Origin: Elusimicrobiales bacterium
GTDB taxonomy: Bacteria > Elusimicrobiota > Elusimicrobia > Elusimicrobiales > UBA9959
Length of the DNA stretch: 64,000 bases
Reading direction: 5' to 3'
Assembly: GCA_028713125.1 (NCBI GenBank)
Contig: JAQTOU010000003.1
Span: forward strand, 392,703-456,702
Shown here piece after piece: positions 27,488 through 36,663 of the stretch. Position 1 is the first letter of the stretch. Each line of letters opens with the position of its first letter. The position numbers and the translations under genes were made by a program. The notes under the pieces are model-generated. The model was not told the origin of the DNA. It was given only the letters and a program-made list of their open reading frames with translations, and did not search any database.

Positions 27488-27520
27488 ACCCCTCCAAAAG
27501 ACTGAGGGGAAAATATTTTT

Positions 27521-28588
27521 CTACCTGCCGGGTTGTGCGGCGGGGGTGGCGGGGGAGGGGAGGGGGGCCGTGCTGATGGCGGGCGCGACCGCGGTTGCTG
27601 TGGAAATTGTTATGGCGGGTTCGGGTTTGGGGGCGTGGTTGATGTACCAGATGTAGTTGGCCATGTCTTTATGCTCTTTGGGCAGGGTCTCGGGGCATTT
27701 AAGCGCGTTTTCGGTTAAGAAGGAGGCCTGGTATACGCCTTTCAGCCTTGATTTTACCGAGGCGGGGATGGCGGCATTGTACATCAGGTGGCCGTTGCCG
27801 GCTATTACCAGGACTGCGTAGTCGGGGTTTTCTTCCAGGAAAGTGACGATGCGGCTGCCCATGCCTTCGTTCCAGGCGGCCATGGAGGCGAGGTAGTTAT
27901 CAAAGGCGAAAGTCGTGACCGTGGACGTGCTGCCGTGGCCGCCGAAGGATTCTTTCAGGTACTCGTTGTATTTTTTGTGCTTGGTCACTTCGACTTTTTC
28001 CGGGAGGTAGGCTTTTTCTTCCGGGGCCAGGCTTTCAAGGCCGGTGCGGGCGATCTTTTTTATAACGGCTCTCGGGACATTGAGCGCCAGGGCGCGGAGC
28101 TTGTTCTGTATGACGAAATCGAAAAGGGGTTTATAGAGGGCGAAGTCGAAGCCTTTGCCATTTTTCCAATCGGCTTTTTCCCGGAATTCCTCCTCGGTTA
28201 TTTTGCCTGCGGCGTAGTCGTCCAGCACCGGCTGCAGGGTGGAGACCACCATCTCGAAGCCGACGGCGATCTTGGCGCCGCGGGCGATCTTCATCGCTTT
28301 CAGCGCCTCTAATTGGGCCAGGTGGTCCAGCGGTTCGTCGTGGGTCTCACCGACGTAAACCACTTTGCTTTTCCAGACTATGGACTTGAAGGCCGCTTCG
28401 CCCCTGAAATCTTTTCCGGACTGCGCCCCGACTATGCAGAAATTAGGCTTATCCTGGGTAAGGACTACAGGCGCGGCGGAGTTGACGATGGGCGCGCGCT
28501 TTTCGATATTAGCTTCCGGCTTTTTCACGTGCTTGGCGGAAGCGGTTAAAGGGAGAAGGAAAGCCAGGGAAAAAATGAAGAGCTTCAT
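27521..28588 (-). CDS. ChaN-family (Cofac_haem_bdg / Tiki-TraB superfamily) secreted protein
   Basis: Signal peptide. VVYVGETHDEPLDHLAQLEALKAM...IAVGFEMV, ALNVPRAVIKKIARTG and IAGNGHL motifs typical of ChaN-like proteins. Pro/Thr/Ala-rich C-terminal tail. Confidence 0.7.
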   Translation of the reverse strand: MKLFIFSLAFLLPLTASAKHVKKPEANIEKRAPIVNSAAPVVLTQDKPNFCIVGAQSGKDFRGEAAFKSIVWKSKVVYVGETHDEPLDHLAQLEALKAMKIARGAKIAVGFEMVVSTLQPVLDDYAAGKITEEEFREKADWKNGKGFDFALYKPLFDFVIQNKLRALALNVPRAVIKKIARTGLESLAPEEKAYLPEKVEVTKHKKYNEYLKESFGGHGSTSTVTTFAFDNYLASMAAWNEGMGSRIVTFLEENPDYAVLVIAGNGHLMYNAAIPASVKSRLKGVYQASFLTENALKCPETLPKEHKDMANYIWYINHAPKPEPAITISTATAVAPAISTAPLPSPATPAAQPGR

Positions 28589-28594
28589 GTACTA

Positions 28595-28600
28595 ATTATA
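28595..28600 (-). promoter_or_regulatory. -10 box TATAAT placed 6 nt upstream of the ATG of the ChaN-like gene (leaderless-type layout)
   Basis: The minus strand reads CTATAATTAGTAC-ATG. There is no SD and the -35 is weak. Confidence 0.35.
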
Positions 28601-28602
28601 GT

Positions 28603-28671
28603 AAAAAGGGGACAGGCTGCTTTTCAGGCGGCAGGGCCGCCTGTAAAAAATCAGCCTGTCCCCTTTTTTTT
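28603..28671 (-). terminator. Compound rho-independent terminator after the eRF1-like gene
   Basis: Outer stem GGGGACAGGCTG / CAGCCTGTCCCC and inner stem CAGGCGG / CCGCCTG, flanked by A5 and T8 runs. Confidence 0.8.
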
Positions 28672-28672
28672 G

Positions 28673-29836
28673 TCAGTGCCTGAAGATGGCGGCTATCGGG
28701 GTGATGCCGGGCATTTTCGACTCTTCCATCACGTACACTTTTCCGCCGTGGCTTAAAGTGCGGGTGACGCAGAGGTCTACAAGCTCGGTGTCCGCCGGCT
28801 CCGGGCTCTTGTGCAGATCCAGCTCGCCGGTAGAGGGATCGTACATGCCCCATTTCTGCGCGTTGGCCGCTACCAGGAGCGTGGAGACATTGCCCTGCTC
28901 CGCCGCAAGGAGTATTGGCTTGACGTGACAGGCGGCCGCGGGCGTGCCGCGAACCTGGTCATACCTGTGCACCGCGGCCCGCGACTCGGCTTCGAAGAGC
29001 GGCTCGAGCAGCTCCCAGGCCCGGTCACGGAGCTGCTCGGGCCTCAGCCCGGTGGTACTGCCGGGAATGCTCCTCACGTACAGGTTATTGTAAGTGTTCG
29101 CGTCCGCGTAGATATGGTTCAGGTAATCCACGCCGGCGGTAACCAAAGGAGCGCTCTCGTCCTTCAGCATTGCCGTAATGCCTTTGTTCACGCTCTGGAA
29201 GTAAACGAGGATGTTCGATTTGGCCTCGTTGCTGTCCTCGGCGTGGCCGTGGAACATTCCCGCCCGGCCGGTACCGCCGGCTCGCCCCTCGGTATTGGAG
29301 TGATACTGGAGCTGTTTTTCCTTCGGATTAAGTTCCAGTAGGTCCGCTATGCTCTTCGGGACCTGCCTCAGGTCCACCTTGGTCACGCTGTACCTGCTGC
29401 ACTGGTACAATTCTATGGAATGCTGGCTCAGCGCCAGGACGTAGAACCTGCCGTCCTCGGCGAAGAGCTGCAGGAGAGGCGTGACGCAGAAGTGGTCGGA
29501 GACTACCGTCAGTTCCCGGAAGTTCAGCGGGAGGTTATAGATCCGCTTCAGCTTCGGTGACAGGAAAAGGGCCAGGCCGCCGCTCTGGTACTGCCAGAAT
29601 TTGTGGTCCTCCAGGAGCGGCTGGGCGGGTTCAAGTATTTTTTTCACCGCGGCCGGCTTATGTCCGGCCGTCTCGAGTTTCTTCGCGGCCTCGCCCAGGA
29701 GTTTTTTGAACCTTATCGGGTTCTGTTTCGTTTCTATGCCTTCGCTGCCCTTTACCGCTGGCATGAAGATGGAAACGCAGGTCTCACCGCCGTCCCTAAG
29801 CAGTTCTTCCAGGTTATCTCTTGTCATTAAATGCAT
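28673..29836 (-). CDS. eRF1-like protein (bacterial-archaeo-eukaryotic release factor, baeRF / Host_attach-type)
   Basis: 387 aa. The N-terminus LEELLRDGGETCVSIFMPAVKGSEGIETKQNPIRFKKLL, then GGLALFLSP...LPLNF...VVSDHFCVTPLLQLF and GMFHGHAEDS, match my recollection of baeRF-family consensus blocks. No GGQ motif. Assignment is from memory, not from a search. Confidence 0.5.
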   Translation of the reverse strand: MHLMTRDNLEELLRDGGETCVSIFMPAVKGSEGIETKQNPIRFKKLLGEAAKKLETAGHKPAAVKKILEPAQPLLEDHKFWQYQSGGLALFLSPKLKRIYNLPLNFRELTVVSDHFCVTPLLQLFAEDGRFYVLALSQHSIELYQCSRYSVTKVDLRQVPKSIADLLELNPKEKQLQYHSNTEGRAGGTGRAGMFHGHAEDSNEAKSNILVYFQSVNKGITAMLKDESAPLVTAGVDYLNHIYADANTYNNLYVRSIPGSTTGLRPEQLRDRAWELLEPLFEAESRAAVHRYDQVRGTPAAACHVKPILLAAEQGNVSTLLVAANAQKWGMYDPSTGELDLHKSPEPADTELVDLCVTRTLSHGGKVYVMEESKMPGITPIAAIFRH

Positions 29837-29960
29837 ATCGCACCCCCCCGGCTGATCTTTAGGGCATGGGATTACAAAGGAAGCTTTGCTGCGGTGCGTG
29901 CTGTCCCCTACCCAAGGTCAGCATACAAAATTTTTTATAAATGTCAAAACATTTTTTACC

Positions 29961-29990
29961 TTGCCAGTCGCTCCGCAAAACAAGCATAAT
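29961..29990 (+). promoter_or_regulatory. Putative promoter of the alpha-2-macroglobulin operon
   Basis: TTGCCA (29961-29966), 18-nt spacer, CATAAT (29985-29990). Confidence 0.35.
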
Positions 29991-30021
29991 TGGATTGGAT
30001 TTTGACCGGTCAGGGGCCAAT

Positions 30022-33000
30022 ATGAATAAATCTTTCTTGTTGCCGTTTTTCCTTATCTTTTCGCTTCCCGCGGGCGCTTCCGCCCAGGTGCAGGTGGTGT
30101 CCAAAACTCCGTACGGCCCGGTAGCGGACATGAACGCCGCGCAGGCGATAGCCGCCACCTTCAGCCGGCCCATGGCCGCCCTGGGCTCGGCGGAAAAAAT
30201 GGGCGAAGCCTGCCCGCTTGAAGTGCTTGAAATAAAAGACAAGCTGACGGCGGCTAACTATCAGGATTTTTCTTCGGCCTCGCTGGAGGATTTCAGGGAG
30301 CTCAAACCGGTGGAGGGCCGCTGCCGCTGGCAGGGCACGCAGACCGTTTCCTTCGAGCCGGCCTATCCGCTTAAAAGATCGACCCTTTACGCCGCACGGA
30401 TAAAAAAAAGTTTTTCGTACGGCGGCCAGGCCCTGGAAGAGGACGCCGCCTGGTTCTTCGAGACGCAGCGCCCCTCTATAAAGGAAAGCGAGCCTGACAA
30501 CGACGAGCGCTGGCTGCCGCTGGACACCGTGCTCTACGCCGCTTTCAACATGCCTATGGCTTCCGCCCGGGCCCGGGATTCCATAAAGCTCGAGGAGACG
30601 GCTCCGGACGGCAGCGTCAGGGAAGTCCTCATCGGGGTGCGCCTGGCCAAGGACGAGGAGGTTAAGAAGCTCTGGCCGAATCCGTGGCAGGATATTTCCA
30701 CAGGGACCGTCATCGCCGTGCGCCCGGCCGCGAAGCTTAAGCCCGACTGCGCCTATAAACTTAAATTCGGCGCCGGCCTGGCCGCGGCCGAAGGCAATTT
30801 AGGCCTGGGCGAAGAGCGGGTCATAAACTTCGAGCCTTACTACACTTTCCGCCTGAAAAAGCTGCCGCAGGACGCCTGCCTGCCGGAGTATTTCAGCCTG
30901 GTCTTCACCAACCCGGTCAAATATACCGAGCTGTACAAGCATATGTCGGTAGAGCCCCCCTCGGCTATGCCGCCGCTGGACAAAGAAAGAGAGGATTATG
31001 AAAGCTACGGCAACCCGCGGGAGCGGGCGGCCCATCTCGCGCTGCCGTACGGGATGTTCGGCCCCGGCAAGGTTTACTCTTTCAAGATCTCCCCGGATTT
31101 TTCAGATACCTTCGGGAATAAACTGGGCGAAAGCGTGGAATTTAAATTAGGCCCCATGGATTATTGCCCGTACTGGGACATGCCCACCGGCTTCGGCATC
31201 CTTGAAGGCTACCTGCCGGCCCGCCATCCGTTCACCTCCGTGAACGCCGCCGAACTGAATATCCTTAAAAGTGCCGTAAGCCAGGACAACTTAATTCCTT
31301 TTTTCCGCGGCAGGATGGAGGACCATAGCCTGCTCAGCCTCCCCGTCCAAAAGGGCTGGGACCCCTCCAAGGGCCAGCATAACTACAAATTGCTGACCTA
31401 CCTCGACTATACCGGCCTTTTCGGGCCGGAGGAAGGCGGTTTCGGTTTCTTATCCGTACCGGCGAAGAACGGAACGCCTTTCCGCGCTCTGGATAATATA
31501 ACCCGGATCGGCATAACGCTCAAGACTTCCCAGGATTCAACGCTTATCTGGACCAGCTTCCTTAAAACAGGCAAGCCGGCGGTGGCGGTACCGGTGGAGA
31601 TCAGGAGCGACGAGAACAAAGTTCTGTGGACCGGGGTCACCGACAAGCAGGGTTTTGCCGACGCGCCCGGCTGGCTTAAGCTCGGGATCACCGACTGGCC
31701 GCGCTGGCAGCGGCCCGCTTTGTGGGTCTTCGCCAAACACAAGAACGGGGCCGCCGTGATGAACAGCGCCTGGACGGGCGGCGTCGAGCCCTGGCGCTTC
31801 TCGGTGAATTACAACAGCTCTCCGCGGCCCAGGAATTACTCCGCCGCTTTGTTCACCGAGCGGGGCGTTTACCGCCCCGGCGAGACCGTGGACATGAAAG
31901 GCTTCGGCCGCAAGCTCGCCGACGGGGACTGGACCGCGCTGGACCTGCCCGTAGTCCAGCTTTCCATCAGGGATTCCCGCGGCAACCGGGTTTTCAAGAC
32001 CACCGTTCCGGTCAGCGCTGATTTCTCCTCTTTCGATTACGCCTATAAACTTTCCGAGGCCGCGCCCACCGGAGTCTGGACGGTGGAAGCCTCCGAACCT
32101 TACGAGGACGACCCCTCCAGCGCCCGCGCGGTTGAGGGAGAAGAAGAGGATGAATACCGTAATTATGACGGCAAAGAGCGGCCTTTCCTGTTCACCGAGA
32201 CTTTCCGCGTGGAAGAATTCAAGCCGGCCGTTTTCGAAGTGAAAGCGCGGTCGCTGGACGTTTCGTACCTGGCGGGAGGCAAGTTCCGCGCTTCGGTGGA
32301 GGGCTGGTACCTTTTTGGCGCGCCGATGAGCGAAAGCAAAGCCGACTGGACCCTGCGGCTGCAAAGTTCGCATTATGAACCGCCAGGCAAAGAGGGCTTC
32401 AGTTTCGGGCGTGAATTCCGCGGCGGCTCCACCGACAAGCTGGCCGGCTCCGGCGGCGTGCAGCTGGATACCAAGGGAAAGGCGACGATAGAAGTACAGC
32501 TGGAAAATAAATACGGCGGAGCCGGAAACGCCCTGAGCGCCTCTTTCGAGGCAGGGATCAGCGACCCGGAGCGGCAGCGCTTGTTCGGGCGGGCCTCGGC
32601 TTATGTGCACAAGGCCGATCTCTATTTCGGCATTAAAGCCTCGGGCGGTTTCGTAGAAGCGGGCAAGCCGTGGACGGCCGAGCTTATCGCCGTGCGCCCC
32701 GACGGAACTCCGGCGGCCGGCCTTACGGGCGCCGGCAGGATGATAAAGCGGCAGTGGCTCAGTTCGCGCCGGGCGGGGTTGGGCGGGCGCCTGGAATGGG
32801 TGACCGAGACCAAAGACACCGAGGTCTCAAGCTTCACTTTCACAGGCTCGGCTTCGACCGAAACCTGGAGCTTCACCCCCGACGAGGGCGGTTATTACAT
32901 TTTCACCGTGGCCGGGAAGGACGAGGAGGCCCGGGACACGGAAACCTCTTTCAGCTTCTATGTTTTCGGCAAGGGCGACGCCTGGTGGGCGCGCGAGGAT

Positions 33001-35745
33001 TCCGACATCATAGAACTGGTGTCGGAGAAATACGATTATAAGCCGGGCGACACCGCGAAAATAATGGTCAAATCGCCCTACGACGAAGCGCAGGCGCTGG
33101 TTACCGTGGAGCGCGAGGGCGTGCTGGACCGCTGGCTGACCGCCACCAAAGGCGGCGCGGACTTCATCAATGTGCCGATAAAAGAAAAATACCTGCCGAA
33201 CGCTTATGTCAGCGTGATATTGATAAAAGGCCGCGCCGGCGAGCAGAAATTCTCCGAAGACGGGGAGACGGACCTCTCGAAGCCGCAGGCCAAGTTCGGC
33301 TACCTCTCTTTCAACGTGAGCCCGGCCGGGCGCCGGCTGGCGCTTGAGCTGAAGAGCGATAAAGCGGATTACCGCCCGGGCCAGGAAATAAAGCTCGGCA
33401 TCAGCACGCTGGACGAAGCCGGGAAACCAGCGGCCGGCGAACTGACCGTGTTCGCCGTGGACGAAGGCGTGCTTAGCCTCACCGGATACTCCACCCCCGA
33501 CGTTTTCTCGGGCTTCTACGGGCCGCGCCCGCTTAATATACTCACCGCGGACTCGCGCCTGCACGTTATCGGCCAGCGCAACTACGGGGAAAAGGGCGAG
33601 GCGCGTGGCGGCGGCGGCGGCGCTTCCCTCGCGGGCATAGACCTGCGCTCCAACTTCGTGCCGACGGCTTACTGGAACCCGTCGGTAAAGACCGGCCCGG
33701 ACGGCAAGGCGAGCCTTTCTTTCAGGCTGCCGGACAGCCTCACCAGGTTCAGGCTGATGGCGGTGGCTAACTCCGGGAAAAGGTTCGGCTCCGGGGACGC
33801 CTCCGTGACCGTTTCAAAGCCGCTTATGCTGCGGCCCTCCATGCCGCGCCTGGCGCGCGCCGGGGATACTTTCGAATGCGGCGTGGTGGCGCATAATTAC
33901 GCTCCGGAAGCCGCGACCGTAAAGGTTTCGCTAGAGACCGCCGGCGGCTCGGTCAGCGTCAAGGGCGAGGCGAACCGCGAGGTTTCTGTTGAAAGCGGCA
34001 AGGCCGCCGAAATAACCTGGAACTGCGCGGCCGAAAAGCCGGGCGAGACGGTGTTCAAGTTCCGCGCCGCCGCCGGCAGGGAAACCGACGGCCTGGAATG
34101 GAAGCTGCCCGTCAGGACCTGGGAGCCGCGCGAATACGCGGCGACCAGCGGGGTTTCGGCCGGCACGGCGGAAGAGGCGCTGCAGCGGCCTTATCCCGGC
34201 GCCGCCGGGGACCTGGCTATAGAGCTTTCTCCGACGGCGCTGGTCGGGCTTAACGAGGGGGCGCGCTACCTGCTGGAGTACCCTTACGGCTGCCTCGAGC
34301 AGAAACTGTCGCGCTCCATGCCCGTCATCACCGGGGCGGAGCTGATAGAGAGCTTCGGGCTGGGCGGGCTGGGCACGCTTAAAGCCGAAGTGCAGAAAGT
34401 TTTCGACAAACTGCAGGATTACCAGCATCCTTCCGGCGGCTTCTGCTACTGGGCCGGTGGCTGCTGGAAGCCGGACCCCTACCTGAGCGCCTATGCGCTC
34501 GAGGCCGCGGTGATGGGACTTAAGGAAGGCTATAAAGTCGACGAAGCGGTCCTGGGCCGCGACGCCGACTGGCTTGAAAAATACCTGGCGGCAGAGAAGA
34601 CGGACTGGGCCTATCCTTACAGCGTCAGCGAGGATTATGCCGCCCGCGCTTACGCGGTCTACGCCCTGGCGATGTACTCGCGCAATACCAGCGCTTACTT
34701 CAACCAGCTCTACCTCAAGCGGGCCCAGGTCCCGTACCTTGCCAAGGGCTATATGGTCATGGCGGCCAAGCTGCTGGGCTTCGACGCGCAGGCGGCGAAG
34801 AAACTCTCGGCCGAGATCATGAACCAGGCCCGCTATTCCCCGACGCAGCTGCATTTCGAGGACCCGGAGACGATGCCGTGGATCCATAATTCCCCGGTCC
34901 AGACCACGGCTGTCATGCTGGTCGCAATGCTGGAGGCGGAGGGCGGTTTCCCTGGCGACGAAAAAGCCGTCAGGTGGCTGACTACGGAAAAGAAAAACAA
35001 AGGCCGCTGGCGGACCACCCAGGAGAATTCCTGGGCGCTGCAGGCTTTTCAGACTTTTTACCGCCGCTACGAGAAAGAAGAGCCGGACTTCAAAGGGTCG
35101 GCGCTGCTGATGGGCGGCCTGCCCAAGCCGCTGCTGGAAAAACAGTTCAAGGGCAGGCAGCTGGCTTCCGCGAGCGGGAATTTCGGTTTCGACCCGCTCT
35201 TCGCTGGAGGGGATACGGCCAGGCTGCTGTTCTCGAAGGCGGGGGCGGGGCGTTTGTATTATTCCCTGCGGATGGGCTTCGTGCCGGAGAAACGGGACAA
35301 GCCCGCCTCGGAGGGTTTTGAAATGAGCCGGGAGATAAAGCCGATGGACGGCGGTAAAGCGTTCAGGGCCGGCGCCAGGGCGGTGGTGACCATTACCGTC
35401 AAGACGCCGCAGGACCGGACTTTCGTGGCGGTTAACGACCCCGTGCCGGCCGGCTTCGAGATAGTGAACACCGAGTTCGCCGTCGAGGGCGCGGAGGACG
35501 CGCGGGCGCTGGCCGGCAAAGGCGGGCGCGACGGCGGCTGGGGCGGGTTCGAGCGGGCCGAGCGCTATGACGACCGGATGCTGATCTTCGCCGACTACCT
35601 GACGGCAGGGACGCACAAGTATTCCTACGTCGTGCAGGCGACCAGCCCGGGCTTGTATTACGCCCCGTCGGGCCTGGTGGAGGGGATGTACGAGCCCGAA
35701 GTTTTCGCCCGCACCGCCGGGAGCACCGTGGAGATAGTCAGGTAA
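30022..35745 (+). CDS. Bacterial alpha-2-macroglobulin family protein, thioester-containing type (ECAM/YfhM-like)
   Basis: Start at the ATG MNKSFLLPFFLIFSLPAGASAQ (signal peptidase I type, no lipobox). 1907 aa. Thioester motif YPYGCLEQ. Overall MG-domain-sized repeats. The C-terminal receptor-binding-like region ends in ...YYAPSGLVEGMYEPEVFARTAG. Confidence 0.9.
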   Translation: MNKSFLLPFFLIFSLPAGASAQVQVVSKTPYGPVADMNAAQAIAATFSRPMAALGSAEKMGEACPLEVLEIKDKLTAANYQDFSSASLEDFRELKPVEGRCRWQGTQTVSFEPAYPLKRSTLYAARIKKSFSYGGQALEEDAAWFFETQRPSIKESEPDNDERWLPLDTVLYAAFNMPMASARARDSIKLEETAPDGSVREVLIGVRLAKDEEVKKLWPNPWQDISTGTVIAVRPAAKLKPDCAYKLKFGAGLAAAEGNLGLGEERVINFEPYYTFRLKKLPQDACLPEYFSLVFTNPVKYTELYKHMSVEPPSAMPPLDKEREDYESYGNPRERAAHLALPYGMFGPGKVYSFKISPDFSDTFGNKLGESVEFKLGPMDYCPYWDMPTGFGILEGYLPARHPFTSVNAAELNILKSAVSQDNLIPFFRGRMEDHSLLSLPVQKGWDPSKGQHNYKLLTYLDYTGLFGPEEGGFGFLSVPAKNGTPFRALDNITRIGITLKTSQDSTLIWTSFLKTGKPAVAVPVEIRSDENKVLWTGVTDKQGFADAPGWLKLGITDWPRWQRPALWVFAKHKNGAAVMNSAWTGGVEPWRFSVNYNSSPRPRNYSAALFTERGVYRPGETVDMKGFGRKLADGDWTALDLPVVQLSIRDSRGNRVFKTTVPVSADFSSFDYAYKLSEAAPTGVWTVEASEPYEDDPSSARAVEGEEEDEYRNYDGKERPFLFTETFRVEEFKPAVFEVKARSLDVSYLAGGKFRASVEGWYLFGAPMSESKADWTLRLQSSHYEPPGKEGFSFGREFRGGSTDKLAGSGGVQLDTKGKATIEVQLENKYGGAGNALSASFEAGISDPERQRLFGRASAYVHKADLYFGIKASGGFVEAGKPWTAELIAVRPDGTPAAGLTGAGRMIKRQWLSSRRAGLGGRLEWVTETKDTEVSSFTFTGSASTETWSFTPDEGGYYIFTVAGKDEEARDTETSFSFYVFGKGDAWWAREDSDIIELVSEKYDYKPGDTAKIMVKSPYDEAQALVTVEREGVLDRWLTATKGGADFINVPIKEKYLPNAYVSVILIKGRAGEQKFSEDGETDLSKPQAKFGYLSFNVSPAGRRLALELKSDKADYRPGQEIKLGISTLDEAGKPAAGELTVFAVDEGVLSLTGYSTPDVFSGFYGPRPLNILTADSRLHVIGQRNYGEKGEARGGGGGASLAGIDLRSNFVPTAYWNPSVKTGPDGKASLSFRLPDSLTRFRLMAVANSGKRFGSGDASVTVSKPLMLRPSMPRLARAGDTFECGVVAHNYAPEAATVKVSLETAGGSVSVKGEANREVSVESGKAAEITWNCAAEKPGETVFKFRAAAGRETDGLEWKLPVRTWEPREYAATSGVSAGTAEEALQRPYPGAAGDLAIELSPTALVGLNEGARYLLEYPYGCLEQKLSRSMPVITGAELIESFGLGGLGTLKAEVQKVFDKLQDYQHPSGGFCYWAGGCWKPDPYLSAYALEAAVMGLKEGYKVDEAVLGRDADWLEKYLAAEKTDWAYPYSVSEDYAARAYAVYALAMYSRNTSAYFNQLYLKRAQVPYLAKGYMVMAAKLLGFDAQAAKKLSAEIMNQARYSPTQLHFEDPETMPWIHNSPVQTTAVMLVAMLEAEGGFPGDEKAVRWLTTEKKNKGRWRTTQENSWALQAFQTFYRRYEKEEPDFKGSALLMGGLPKPLLEKQFKGRQLASASGNFGFDPLFAGGDTARLLFSKAGAGRLYYSLRMGFVPEKRDKPASEGFEMSREIKPMDGGKAFRAGARAVVTITVKTPQDRTFVAVNDPVPAGFEIVNTEFAVEGAEDARALAGKGGRDGGWGGFERAERYDDRMLIFADYLTAGTHKYSYVVQATSPGLYYAPSGLVEGMYEPEVFARTAGSTVEIVR
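34291..34302 (+). other. Thioester motif codons CLEQ within the alpha-2-macroglobulin gene
   Basis: TGC CTC GAG CAG, in frame (offset 4350 nt from 29941). The context is EYPYGCLEQKLS. Confidence 0.85.
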
Positions 35746-35775
35746 ACAGGAAACGGCGGCTGGAGCTTTTTTATT

Positions 35776-36597
35776 ATGAGAATACTGATCGCCGGGGGCG
35801 CGGGATTTGTCGGGGGGGCCGTGGTCGAAAGGCTGGCCGCGCACGAGCTTATCCTTCCTTCCCGGGAGCCGGAAAAGCTCCGGAAGGCCGGGGTGAAGGG
35901 AACCTTCCCTGTTTTCACGGAAGACCTGGAAAAGCTGGTCGCCGGCTTCTCCCCGGAAATAGTTATCAACCTGCTCGGTATAATACGCGAAACGCCGGGC
36001 GCGTCATTCGACCTGGTGCACAGGGAGTACACCCGCCGCCTGCTGGCCGGGGCGCGCGCGGCGGGCGTTAAAAAGTTCATACAGATGTCCGCTCTCGGCG
36101 CCGCTCCGGACGCTCCGTCGGAATATCACCGCAGCAAGTTCGCCGGAGAAACCGCGGTAAGGGGATCCGGCCTGCCGTATATTATCTTCAGACCTTCCTT
36201 TATAACCGGACCGGGCCAGAAATTCAGCAGGGACCTGGCGAAACTCGCGCGCTTTCTCCCGGTCTTCGCGGTTCCCTCGGACGCTCTCGTCGCGCCGGTG
36301 GAGGCCGCGGTCGTGGCAGCCTGCTTCGGGCGGGCCGCCGAGGACGGGGCGATAAAAGACGAGATCTTCGAACTGGCCGGGGACAGGGTACTTAGTTTCA
36401 GGCAGCTGGCGGCGGAGTCCCTCGCTGCCTCCGGCTTTCGCAGGCCGGTGATAGGCCTGCCGCGTAAATTATTTTTTCCGCTCCTTCCGCTCTTCAGCCT
36501 CTTCCCGGAGCCGCCTATGAGCCGCGAGCAATACCTGATGATGGCGTCCCCGAACGTCCCCTCCGGAAAATTCCGCGGAGTGAAAGATCTGGCATAG
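35776..36597 (+). CDS. NAD(P)-binding Rossmann-fold protein (atypical SDR / NDUFA9-like)
   Basis: MRILIAGGAGFVGGAVVERL glycine-rich loop. YHRSK catalytic-type motif. 273 aa. Starts 30 nt after the A2M stop. Confidence 0.7.
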   Translation: MRILIAGGAGFVGGAVVERLAAHELILPSREPEKLRKAGVKGTFPVFTEDLEKLVAGFSPEIVINLLGIIRETPGASFDLVHREYTRRLLAGARAAGVKKFIQMSALGAAPDAPSEYHRSKFAGETAVRGSGLPYIIFRPSFITGPGQKFSRDLAKLARFLPVFAVPSDALVAPVEAAVVAACFGRAAEDGAIKDEIFELAGDRVLSFRQLAAESLAASGFRRPVIGLPRKLFFPLLPLFSLFPEPPMSREQYLMMASPNVPSGKFRGVKDLA

Positions 36598-36663
36598 TTC
36601 CGTTCCCGCGGTAAAAGCCGGGCTTGCGAATCGGGGCGGCGGGTGGTAGACTGTTTAGATGGT

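Noticed and set aside
28605-28622. An 18-nt exact repeat AAAGGGGACAGGCTGCTT at 28605-28622 (left arm of the eRF1-like gene terminator) and at 42312-42329 (just after the tcdA stop).
   Set aside because: There is a single extra copy with no complementary arm at the second site. A chance 18-mer match in 64 kb on two strands is unlikely but not negligible (roughly a few percent by rough estimate), and it may simply be a decayed terminator. It is worth a genome-wide count but is not reportable as an element from this window alone.
33931-35844. A 637-aa antisense ORF inside the alpha-2-macroglobulin gene. Many similar 100-350-aa antisense or off-frame ORFs occur across the track, e.g. 3046-3861, 4825-5835, 6675-7589, 9178-9912, 19703-20764, 31537-32610, 52873-53808 and 53915-54556.
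   Set aside because: Same reason as above. These are Arg/Gly/Pro/Ala-rich shadow ORFs overlapping well-supported genes, with no independent start signals.
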